This document shows, in pieces, positions 1 through 10,486 of a stretch of 64,000 nucleotides of DNA (positions within the stretch are counted from its first letter, which is position 1; every line of letters begins with the position of its first letter). The position numbers and the translations under genes are program-made. Below the pieces are notes generated by a model that worked only from the letters and a program-made list of their open reading frames with translations, was not told where the DNA came from and did no database searches. This DNA is from Eledone cirrhosa. Its lineage: Eukaryota. Where the stretch lies: assembly GCA_964016885.1 (NCBI GenBank), contig OZ024742.1:366420001-366484000 (forward strand), given 5' to 3'.

Positions 1-7
1 CATATAT

Positions 8-157
<150 letters not shown>

Positions 158-296
158 TTAAAAGTTAAACAAGGTTCATTGAATACATCAAAGAATGAGT
201 TTTACAATAGATTGGAAGCACTCAATAGTTTAGTTTTGCAGAGTTATTAATATTAATTCAAAATATTTACAAAATAAATATTCTTCTGATCAATTA

Positions 297-363
297 TATT
301 TTAGTATACATATTTCAGAGATACTGAGTTAAGTTCAACAGTACGTCCTCATAAGATAAAATA
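297..363 (-). pseudogene. Mutated copy of the same hammerhead (core CUUAUGA)
   Basis: Reverse-complement arm of the palindrome. The conserved G5 is replaced by T and stem I has one mismatch. Confidence 0.65.
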
Positions 364-470
364 AGATGATGCATGACATACTCTGACATAGTAGATGGTT
401 AAGATTCAATCATGGTAGTCATGACTAAATCTTAAGCATCTACTATGCCAGGGTATGTCATGCATCATCT

Positions 471-537
471 TATTTTATCTGATGAGGACGTACTGTTGAA
501 CTTAACTCAGTACCTCTGAAATATGTATAATAAAATA
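471..537 (+). ncRNA. Type I hammerhead ribozyme, canonical core
   Basis: Stem I TATTTTAT (471-478)/ATAAAATA (530-537); core CTGATGA (479-485); stem II including GTACTG...CAGTAC; GAAA (518-521); minimal stem III AT-atgt-AT; cleavage triplet AUA (527-529). Confidence 0.75.
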
Positions 538-576
538 TAATTGATCACAAGAATATCTATTTTGTTAATATTTTGA

Positions 577-631
<55 letters not shown>

Positions 632-636
<5 letters not shown>

Positions 637-993
637 GTATGGGTTTAGCGAACATTTATTATAATACTGGGTTTGTTTGTAAACAGTGTCAGTGTTGAAC
701 AAAATAGCAACGATGCTTGCCGAACACTGTACAGCTAATTCGTGGTGTTTGTTTAACACTGCTCAGCCGTTAATATGCATAAGGAAAGTATATACTTTGA
801 AACGTTCAATCGACTGGCAGAAAGGTATACGGTGCTGATGACAGCTAATAAGCTAGAAACTAGTTCATCGTTTTTTGACAGTGTTGAATAAAATGGCAAC
901 GATGATTGCCGAACACTGTACGGCTTAATTCCGTATGTTTGTTTACAAACAAACTGAACATTATAATAAATGTTCGGTAAACCCATACGTACA
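632..993. mobile_element. MITE-like element with ~54-bp terminal inverted repeats and an internal ~67-bp direct repeat
   Basis: TGTACGTATGGGTTTAGCGAACATTTATTATAAT...GTTTGTTTGTAAACA (632-685) vs TGTTTACAAACAAAC...ATTATAATAAATGTTCGGTAAACCCATACGTACA (940-993). Direct repeats at 690-756 and 879-946; (TA)n on both flanks. Confidence 0.8.
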
Positions 994-1191
994 TATATAT
1001 ATGTGTGCATGTATGTATCTATATACATACTACTGTATGTCTGTATACATATATGTATGTACGTATACATACTTATATTTAAGTATCAGCCGTACTAAGA
1101 GTGAAAAATGAAATTTCATTTTTTCCATTTATATATATAATATATATATATATGACAAATAAGTATGTTTTGAAACAGTGAGCAGGTTTGA

Positions 1192-1441
1192 AATTAGAAA
1201 ATATATAGCTTTCACCGTATTTTTATACTCGCTAAGAATGTAATTCTAATTTGAATGGAAGGAGATGGGTGATGTGTTGGTGCAATGGTAGCACAGTGGT
1301 CTGGATAACCAAAGATGTGGGTTCGACTCCCATGTACGTCAATACTCATCTTTTTCCATTTATCTGAGGGTTCTCAACCCCATTATCAGGCTAAAATTTC
1401 TTTAGTCAAAAATACGGTGAAAGCTATTCTATTTTCTAATT
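1192..1441. mobile_element. Foldback element with nested inverted repeats enclosing a tRNA-like cloverleaf
   Basis: Outer IR 1192-1224/1408-1441 (ATAGCTTTCACCGTATTTTT / AAAAATACGGTGAAAGCTAT); inner IR ~1254-1275/1336-1360. Confidence 0.7.
1271..1341 (+). tRNA. tRNA-like cloverleaf (pseudo-tRNA or SINE head; nominal anticodon GGA, identity unreliable)
   Basis: Acceptor GATGTGT/GTACGTC (three G-U pairs); D arm GTGC-AATGGTA-GCAC; anticodon arm TGGT-CTGGATA-ACCA; T arm GTGGG-TTCGACT-CCCAT. Pol III A and B boxes are intact. Confidence 0.55.
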
Positions 1442-1510
1442 ATATATATATATATGTATGTATGCATATATGTATATGTATATATATGTATATGTATATA
1501 TATGTATGTA

Positions 1511-1610
1511 CAGGTTGTCCCAAATATGTATACACACTTCAACAGCATTCTAATAAATATTGCCGGTAACATGTAATCAAATCGTGTATACAATGTTTGG
1601 GGACACCCTG
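1511..1610. mobile_element. 100-bp Tc1/mariner-type MITE
   Basis: TA|CAGGTTGTCCCAAATATGTATACAC ... GTGTATACAATGTTTGGGGACACCCTG, i.e. CAGGGTGTCCC-type termini. The right TA is missing. Confidence 0.65.
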
Positions 1611-1611
1611 G

Positions 1612-1682
<71 letters not shown>

Positions 1683-1962
1683 TGTCTGTGTGTGTATTAG
1701 GGTGGTCCTTAGCAATAGGTAATTTTCCGAAAGTTAAAAGTTTGCTTTTCCCACCCCTAACCTTGTCCCAACAAAACGTGGGATGTGCAACATTTCACCT
1801 CAATCCAACAACTGCTGGGCGACCCCCAAACACCTTCAAGTTGGAACATACTATACACAACAATGAACTCTCTTCAAAAGTGGGACACTGTTCCCTATCT
1901 CGACCATTTTCGTTTTTCTTCTTAGTGACATTTATGTGGACACGGTCAGGCAACCCCAGCAA

Positions 1963-2333
<371 letters not shown>

Positions 2334-2388
2334 GTGAGGTTTTTTTTACAACATGAAAAATAACCGAGGTGTCCTACACGAGTGAAAG

Positions 2389-2620
2389 TATAAAGAGAAA
2401 AAGATGAAATCGAAAATGCAACTGGAGTCTTATTTAAAAAATATATATATATTTATTTGGTTCCTTTACCGGTTTCGCAGTTCTTCTGCTTTTCAAAAGT
2501 AGATTTGAGATGGAGGGTCTGTGGTTTTTCTCATGTGAGTAAAGGAACCAAATAAATATATATGTATTTTTTTAAATAAGACTCCAGTTGCATTTTCGAT
2601 TTCATCTTTTTTTCTTTATA
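2389..2620. mobile_element. Short foldback element (~81-bp arms) with a hammerhead motif; Penelope-like remnant
   Basis: 2389-2469 is the reverse complement of 2539-2620 (AAAAGATGAAATCGAAAATGCAACTGGAGTCTTATTTAAAAA / TTTTTAAATAAGACTCCAGTTGCATTTTCGATTTCATCTTTT). Confidence 0.75.
2464..2499 (-). ncRNA. Minimal type I hammerhead with compensatory U3-A8 core (UUGAAAA)
   Basis: Minus strand reads CTT-TTGAAAA-GCAG-AAGAA-CTGC-GAAAC-CG-GTA-AAG: 3-bp stem I, 4-bp stem II, palindromic stem III (ACCGGT), GUA triplet. Confidence 0.6.
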
Positions 2621-2909
2621 TATATATATACATTGTATATATATATAACCACATACTGATATATGTATATATATTGTATACATATATATACATTGTATAT
2701 ATATATATATATTAGATATGTCTCATTTGAAATAATACAGACAATTTTCCACGCAATACTTTTAGTTAGCACCCGAACACATAATTGGGAATATAATCAC
2801 TTATTTCCTAATGTTTGTTGAGTGAGTTGGAATTTGGCCGGAGTATCGCCAAAAATCTTTCTCCGATATTGTATTTATATACATTGTATATATATATATA
2901 TCTATACGT

Positions 2910-2959
<50 letters not shown>

Positions 2960-3379
2960 AATGAAAGGTATAGAAAACACTGCAGCGAAAAGCGAACAGC
3001 ATTCCATAGAATATAAGTGACTATAAGGTCGAAATGGGAAAAATAGTTAACGTAAGAAGTGGGGAAAATAATTTAAACTCATCTTAAAGAGAATCAGGAT
3101 ATAGATTCATCCACAGAATTTAGTGAAATCCAGGGAAAAATCAATAGAGCCCTAACTCATGATAAAATAAAGTTCAAGATACCTATACTTCAATTTGGAT
3201 ATATATATATATATATACATTGTATATATGTATATATATACATTGTATATATATATAACCACATAGTGATATATGTATATATATATAACCACACTGATAT
3301 ATGTATATATATATTGTATATATATATACATTATATATATATATATATTGTATATATATATATATATATATATATACAT

Positions 3380-3415
<36 letters not shown>

Positions 3416-3427
3416 CATTATATATAT

Positions 3428-4172
3428 AGTAACCGTGGACAGCAACATAAGCTGGACCACGCATATAAGCAGCAAAGTTGACATGGCCCGCAGAATGTGT
3501 TCCTGGATCCTCAGAACCTTCCAGTCGAGAGATTCCCGCACCATTATCCTTCTCTTCTCTACTTTTGCCCGACCACACCTTGAATACTGTTGTCCACTGT
3601 GGTCTCCCCACACGAAACAAAGTATCATGAAACTTGAAGCTCCTCAAAGGGCAATCACGAAAAAGATAGATGGCATGTCAGACCTTGACTACTGGGGTCG
3701 ATTAGAAAACCTGAAACTTTACTCACTCCAACGTCGCCGTGAGCGTTATATTATCTGCATGATGTGGAAAATGTTCCATCATCACTGCCCAAATGATGTT
3801 GGCATCGCCTTCAAGATACACCCAAGGTTTGGGCCCCGTGCTATCCGTCCCATTCAAAAATCTAAATCGCAACTCATAACAACAATACGGCACAATTATT
3901 TCACCTCAATCGGCCCTGCTCTCTTCAACATCACACCAGGACACGTCAAAACAGAAACTGACCACACAAAATTCAAGAAGTCTTTGGACAAATTCCTCCA
4001 AGTAATCCCGGACAAACCACCCACACACGGATATGTCTCCGCAAACAGTAATTCTCTTCTCGAATGGGCCATGGTGCCCAAATCCTGAATTGAAAGACTT
4101 CGCCAGGTGGTGCTATTAAGTTAGACATGGCCTGGGCCAATACTGGCCAAAACATTTCAAAGTTATTCAAAG

Positions 4173-4175
<3 letters not shown>
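3428..4175 (+). mobile_element. 5'-truncated CR1/L2-group LINE: C-terminal RT/thumb region (stop at 4088) plus short 3' UTR and tail
   Basis: Stop-free frame with motifs [62 protein letters not shown]. Ends in a TTCAAAGTTA repeat and lies within a (TA)n array. Confidence 0.92.
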
Positions 4176-4245
<70 letters not shown>

Positions 4246-4267
4246 TATATTGTATATATATATACAT

Positions 4268-4392
<125 letters not shown>

Positions 4393-4429
4393 TATATATA
4401 TATAACCACATACTGATATATGTATATAT

Positions 4430-5290
4430 GCCCCTCTCCCCCTCTTGCTCTACCTCACCCCTCCCCATACTCCCATTCCTCTCCTAACTCCATTTCCACC
4501 CATCCCCATCTACTTCTCCTCATCCCCTTCCTCCGCTACCCCTCTTCAGACCCCATACCCCCTTCTCTCCTTACTCTCCTCGCTCTCCTGGCCCCCTTGT
4601 CCTCCTTTTATCTTTGCTCTCCTTTTCTCATTGCGCCCTCTGCTCTCATTTTCTTCTGGCTCTCGTTTTATCCTTGCTCTCCTTGCTCTTCTTTTCTCCT
4701 TGCTCTCCTTTTCTCATTGCGCTCCTTGCTCTCCTCTTCTTCTGGCTCTCCTTTCCTCATTGAGACCCTTGCTCTCCTTTTCTTCTGGCTCTCCTTTTCT
4801 CATTGACCCCCTTGCTCTCCTTTTCTTCTGGCTCTCGTTTTATCCTTACTCTCCTATTCTTATTGCTCTCCTTTTCGCCTTGCACTCCTTGCTCTCCTTT
4901 TTCCTTGCTCTCCTTGCTCCGCTTTTATCATTGCGCTCCTTGCTCTCCTTTTCTTCTGGCTCTCTTTTTTCATTGCTCTCCTTGGTCTCCTTTTCTCATT
5001 GCTCTCCTTGCTCTCCTTTTCTCATTGCGCTCCTTGCTCTCCTTTTCACATTGCCCCTCCTTGCTCTTCTTTTCTCATTGCGCTCCTTGCTCTCATTTTC
5101 TTCTGGCTCTCCTTTTGTAATTGCTCCAGTTGCTCTCCTTTTCTCGTTGCTCTCATTGTTCTTCTTTTCTCCTTGCTCTCCTTGCTCTCCTTTTCTTAGT
5201 GCTCTCCTCGCTCTCCTTTTCTCATTGCGCTCTTTGCTCTCCTTGCACTCATTTTCTCATTGCTCTCCTTGCTCTCCTTTTCTCATTATA
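4430..5290. repeat. Pyrimidine-rich degenerate minisatellite (CTCCTTGCTCTCCTTTTCTCATTG-like modules)
   Basis: Recurrent TTGCTCTCC, CCTTTTCTCATTG and TTCTTCTGGCTCT modules. Confidence 0.9.
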
Positions 5291-5380
5291 TCTATGTACT
5301 TGTTTATATACAGATACAATGAGAAAAGGGAAGCAAGGAGAAATATATTGAATATATATTGAATATATATATATATATAT

Positions 5381-5745
5381 GTGAGTGTGAGTGTGTGTGT
5401 GGGTGTGTGTGTGAGTGTGTGTGTGTGTGTATGTGTGTGTGTGTGTATGTGTGTGTGTGAGTGTGTGTGTGTATGTGTGTGTGAGTGTGTGTGTGGATGT
5501 GTGTGTGTGTGAGAGTGTGTGTGTGTGTCAGTGTGTGTGTGTGTGTGTGTGTGTGTAAGTGTGTGAGTGTGTGTGTGAGTGTGAGTGTGAGTGTGTGTGT
5601 GTGTCAGTGTGAGTGTGAGTAGGCTGTGTGGGATTTATCTGGCAATGTTTCTGGTAGTTTCTTCTTTGAACAATTCTCATTGGAGAGCAATTATTATATC
5701 TTCCCAGAGAGAGGTGACGCTCTGTGTCGTACACACACACACACT

Positions 5746-5816
<71 letters not shown>

Positions 5817-5969
5817 ACACACACACACACACTGACACACACTCGCACACTGACACACACACACACTGACACACACACACACACACACACACAGACACAC
5901 ACACACACACTGACACACACTCGCACACTGACACACACACACACTGACACACACACACACACACACTGA
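5381..5969. repeat. (GT)n and (CA)n arrays in inverted arrangement around a ~110-bp spacer
   Basis: (GT)n 5381-~5620, spacer to ~5730, (CA)n 5731-5969. Confidence 0.9.
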
Positions 5970-8544
5970 CAGTAGAACTAAGCGGTGCCACTTATATTTC
6001 CCAAACTTCAGCTGAAGATATTGAAGGAGACGGCAGTTGTTGATGGTTTATGACAGGATAGGGGTGGGGGGCACTGGTGATGGCGATGACAGGATGGAGG
6101 TGGGGGCACTGGTGATGGCGATGACAGGATGGGGTGGGGGGCACTGGTGATGGCGATGACAGGATGGGGTGGGGGGCACTGGTGATGGCGATGACAGGAT
6201 GGCGGTGGGGGGCACTGTTGATGGTGATGACAGGATGGAGGTGGGGGGCACTGGTGATGGCGATGACAGGATGGCGGTGGGGGGCACTGGGCATGGCGAT
6301 GACAGGATGGGGTGGGGGGCACAGGTGAAGGCGATGACAGGATGGGGTGGGGGGCACTGGTGATGGTGATGACAGGATGGGGTGGGGGGCACTGGTGATG
6401 GCGATGACAGGATGGGGGTGGGGGGCACTGGTGATGGCGATGACAGGATGGGGTGGGGGGCACTGGTGATGGTGATGACAGGATGGGGGTGGGGGGCATT
6501 GGTGACGGCGATGACAGGATGGGATGGGGCAACTGGTGATGGTGATGACAGGATGGGGTGGGGGGCACTGGTGATGGCGATGACAGGATGGGGTGGGGGG
6601 CACTGGTGATGGCGATGACAGGATGGCGGTGGGGGGCACTGGTGATGGTGATGACAGGATGGGGGTGGGGGCACTGGTGATGGCGATGACAGGTTGGCGG
6701 TGGGGCCACTGGTGATGGTGATGACAGGATGGGGGTGGGGGCACTGGTGATGGTGATGACAGGATGGGGTGGGGGGCACTGGTGATGGTGATGACAGGAT
6801 GGGGGTGGGGGGCATTGGTGATGGTGATGACAGGATGGGGTGGGGCAACTGGTGATGGTGATGACAGGATGGGGTGGGGGGCACTGGTGATGGCGATGAC
6901 AGGATGGGGTGGGGGGCACTGGTGATGGCGATGACAGGATGGCGGTGGGGGCACTGTTGATGGTGATGACAGGATGGGGGTGGGGGGCACTGGGCATGGC
7001 GATGACAGGATGGGGTGGGGGGCACTGGTGATGGCGATGACAGGATGGCGGTGGGGGGCACTGGTGATGGTGATGACAGGATGGGGGTGGGGGGCACTGG
7101 TGATGGTGATGACAGGATGGGGTGGGGGGCACTGGTGATGGTGATGACATGATGGGGTGGGGGGCACTGGTGATGGTGATGACAGGATGGGGGTGGGGGG
7201 GCACTGGTGATGGTGATGACAGGATGGGGGTGGGGGGCACTGGTGATGGTGATGACAGGATGGGGGTGGGGGGCACTGGTGATGGTGATGACAGGATGGG
7301 GTGGGGGGCACTGGTGATGGTGATGACATGATGGGGTGGGGGGCACTGGTGATGGTGATGACAGGATGGGGGTGGGGGGGCACTGGTGATGGTGATGACA
7401 GGATGGGGGTGGGGGGCACTGGTGATGGTGATGACAGGATGGGGGTGGGGGGCACTGGTGATGGTGATGACAGGATGGGGTGGGGGGCACTGGTGATGGT
7501 GATGACATGATGGGGTGGGGGGCACTGGTGATGGTGATGACAGGATGGGGGTGGGGGGGCACTGGTGATGGTGATGACAGGATGGGGGTGGGGGGCACTG
7601 GTGATGGTGATGACAGGATGGGGGTGGGGGGGGCACTGCTGAAGGTGATGACAGGATGGTGGTGGGGGCACTGTTGATGGTGATGAAATGATGGGGTGGG
7701 GGGCACTGGTGATGTTGATGACATGATGGGGTGGGGGCACTGGTGATGGTGATGACAGGATGGGGGTGGGGGGGCACTGGTGATGGTGATGACAGGATGG
7801 GGGTGGGGGGGCACTGGTGATGGTGATGACAGGATGGGGTGGGGGGCACTGGTGATGTTGATGACATGATGGGGTGGGGGGCACTGGTGATGGTGATGAC
7901 AGGATGGGGGTGGGGGGGCACTGGTGATGGTGATGACAGGATGGGGGTGGGGGGGCACTGGTGATGGTGATGACAGGATGGGGGTGGGGGGGCACTGCTG
8001 AAGGTGATGACAGGATGGTGGTGGGGGCACTGTTGATGGTGATGACAGGATGGGGGTGGGGGGCACTGGTGATTGTGATGACAGGATGGGGGTGGGGGGC
8101 ACTGGTGATGGTGATGACAGGTGGGGGTGGGGGGCACTGGTGATGGTGATGACAGGATGGGTGGGGGGCACTGTTGATGGTGATGACAGTATGGGGGTGG
8201 GGGGCACTGTTGATGGTGATGACAAGATGGGGTGGGGGGCAATGGTGATGGTGATGACAGGATGGGGTGGGGGGCACTGGTGATGGTGATGACAGGATGG
8301 GGGTGGGGGGCACTGTTGATGGTGATGACAGTATGGGGGTGGGGGGCACTGTTGATGGTGATGACAAGATGGGGTGGGGGGCACTGGTGATGGTGATGAC
8401 AGGATGGGGTGGGGGGCACTGGTGATGGTGATGACAGGATGGGGGTGGGGGGCACTGGTGATGGTGATGACAGGATGGGGGTGGGGGGCACCGGTGATGG
8501 TGATGACAGGATGGGGTGGGGGGCACTGGTGATGGTGATGACAG

Positions 8545-10486
8545 TGTAGTGACCTACATTCCGCGGGCTCACATACATTCTCTGTGCGTGATTTGGCTCA
8601 GTTCAGCCAATCAGCGCCAGTAGAAGAGGATGTATCCCTACGCGCCCTGAGGAAGAAATTCCCCGCAAAGATTTAAAGAATCTCTAGCTTGTACCGGAAA
8701 CTTCAAGCCAACAACACGCATAATGTAACAGTGAGATATTGCACCCCTAGCCTCGCCGGCTTAACGGCGCAATGGCACATTCCCTTTTGTAACCTCTTTT
8801 TATCTGTAACTTCAACCATATAAATAAACAAACATTTCATCTCTAATTACTGCGGTTGAGGTCGTTGTTATGTTACTCGTGTCTCAATGGCATCTTTAAT
8901 CCATGCTGCTGGAATTGGCGACCTGACGAAAGGAATATTGTAAATAGATGGTAAATAGATCGAGGGACCTTCCCTCACGTCTATGTCAACAAGATAATCC
9001 AACGAGGATACTATCACTTACCACACTGGCAACTAACGACCACTGATTCTACCACCCCGCTAAAGTGGCGACTACTCTATAACCAATACTGCTAAAGTGG
9101 TGACCCCGACGTGGTTTTTGTTTATTCACATTCTTTGCTGTTTTACATGCCTGCATATGCACACATTTTTTTTTATCACACACCAACATGTTGTTCTTGG
9201 TATATGTTCTTCAAACGTAATATTCTTCGAGTCCCTTTTCACCTGGTTGAGATGCTGGCAGCTCACAGAGTTTAATCCACTGGATTCAAACAGTCACCGC
9301 ACCACGAGAATACTAATTGCAGCTGAACTCAAACAGCTTCGCATCTCGTTGCACACTGATCGTCCATGACGGCCATCCGTATTGTTGTTTTTGCCCGACT
9401 CGCTGGGAAAGCAACAAATTGAACTGGACTTGTTAGCATTTCGGCCACTTCTGTGGATTCGCCCGAATTATGGAATTTACACTGCAACCCACCTACAGAT
9501 TAAACTTGCCTTTTGTTCTATACAAAGCAACCAGCCATTTTTTCCTGGCTCCACAGCACATTCGACAATACATCTGGGGGCCATCATTTTCTCGCCAGCA
9601 CTGGTAAACTACCATAATAGCTTCGTTCACAGCTACTGGTACAACGCTTACCATTAACATTTAATGCAAGACCAGCAACTTCGCCCATGTCAGACTTTAT
9701 CCGTTTTTTGTTAGACCTTTGGCGGTCACGTATAAACAACAAAACAACTGGTCATTTGACACAGCGGCTCAACACGGCCCGTAGCGCCTCATTTTTTGTT
9801 CTTGCATGCAACCTTCTGCTCAATTATTTTTTCACTGATGTGCTCTTTCAGCATTTGTTCTTGCTGATTTAATAATATGTGGATCCTTGGTTTTTTCGTT
9901 ATCGATTTTCGGCTGAAAATCTGGTTGGAGGTGATGTAGTGACCTACATTCCGCGGGCTCACATACATTCTCTGTGCGTGATTTGGCTCAGTTCAGCCAA
10001 TCAGCACCAGTAGAAGAGGATGTATCCCTACGCGCCCTGAGGAAGAAATTCCCCGCGAAGATTTGAAGAATCTCTAGCTTGTACCGGAAACTTCAAGCCA
10101 GCAACACGCATAATGTAGCAGTGAGATATTGAACCCCTAGCCTCGCCGGCTTAACGGCGCAATGGCACATTCCCTTTTGTAACCTCTTTTTATCTGTAAC
10201 TTCAACCATATAAATAAACAAACATTTCATCTCTAATTACTGCGGTTGAGGTCGTTGTTATGTTACTCGTGTCTCAATGGCATCTTTAATCCATGCTGCT
10301 GGAATTGGCGACCTGACGAAAGGAATATTGTAAATAGATGGTAAATAGATCGAGGGACCTTCCCTCACGTCTATGTCAACAAGATAATCCAACGAGGATA
10401 CGATCACTTACCACACTGGCAACTAACGACCACTGATTCTACCACCCCGATAAAGTGGCGACTACTCTATAACCAATACTGCTAAA
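8545..10486 (+). mobile_element. Non-autonomous LTR retrotransposon (TRIM/LARD-like, Gypsy-type signals)
   Basis: 552-bp direct LTRs at 8545-9096 and 9935-10486, with 8 differences by eye. TGTAG 5' end, ACAG target-site duplication (8541-8544, 10487-10490), PBS, purine-rich GGTTGGAGGTGA before the 3' LTR, and an 838-bp interior with no recognisable gag/pol ORF. Confidence 0.93.
9098..9115 (+). promoter_or_regulatory. Primer-binding site complementary to the tRNA-Trp 3' end
   Basis: TGGTGACCCCGACGTGGT, 1 nt after the 5' LTR; 17/18 match to TGGTGACCCCGACGTGAT, the complement of the animal tRNA-Trp 3' end. Confidence 0.9.

Larger units (their letters stand above)
256..578. mobile_element. ~320-bp imperfect palindrome carrying hammerhead motifs; probably inverted pseudo-LTRs of a Penelope-like element
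   Basis: 256-~414 is the reverse complement of ~420-578 (e.g. ATTCAAAATATTTACAAAATAAATATTCTTCTGATCAA vs TTGATCACAAGAATATCTATTTTGTTAATATTTTGAAT). Each arm holds a hammerhead motif and the element abuts a (TA)n run. Confidence 0.75.

Noticed and set aside
1697-1962. TTAGGGTGGTCCTT start resembling a DNA-transposon terminus
   Set aside because: No matching inverted end or TSD found.
4420-5362. Leu/Ser/Phe-rich ORFs resembling membrane proteins
   Set aside because: Pyrimidine-rich minisatellite open in several frames.
8920-8990. CTGACGA in the LTR as a possible hammerhead core
   Set aside because: No stem II closed by a downstream GAAA and no stem III/NUH could be built.
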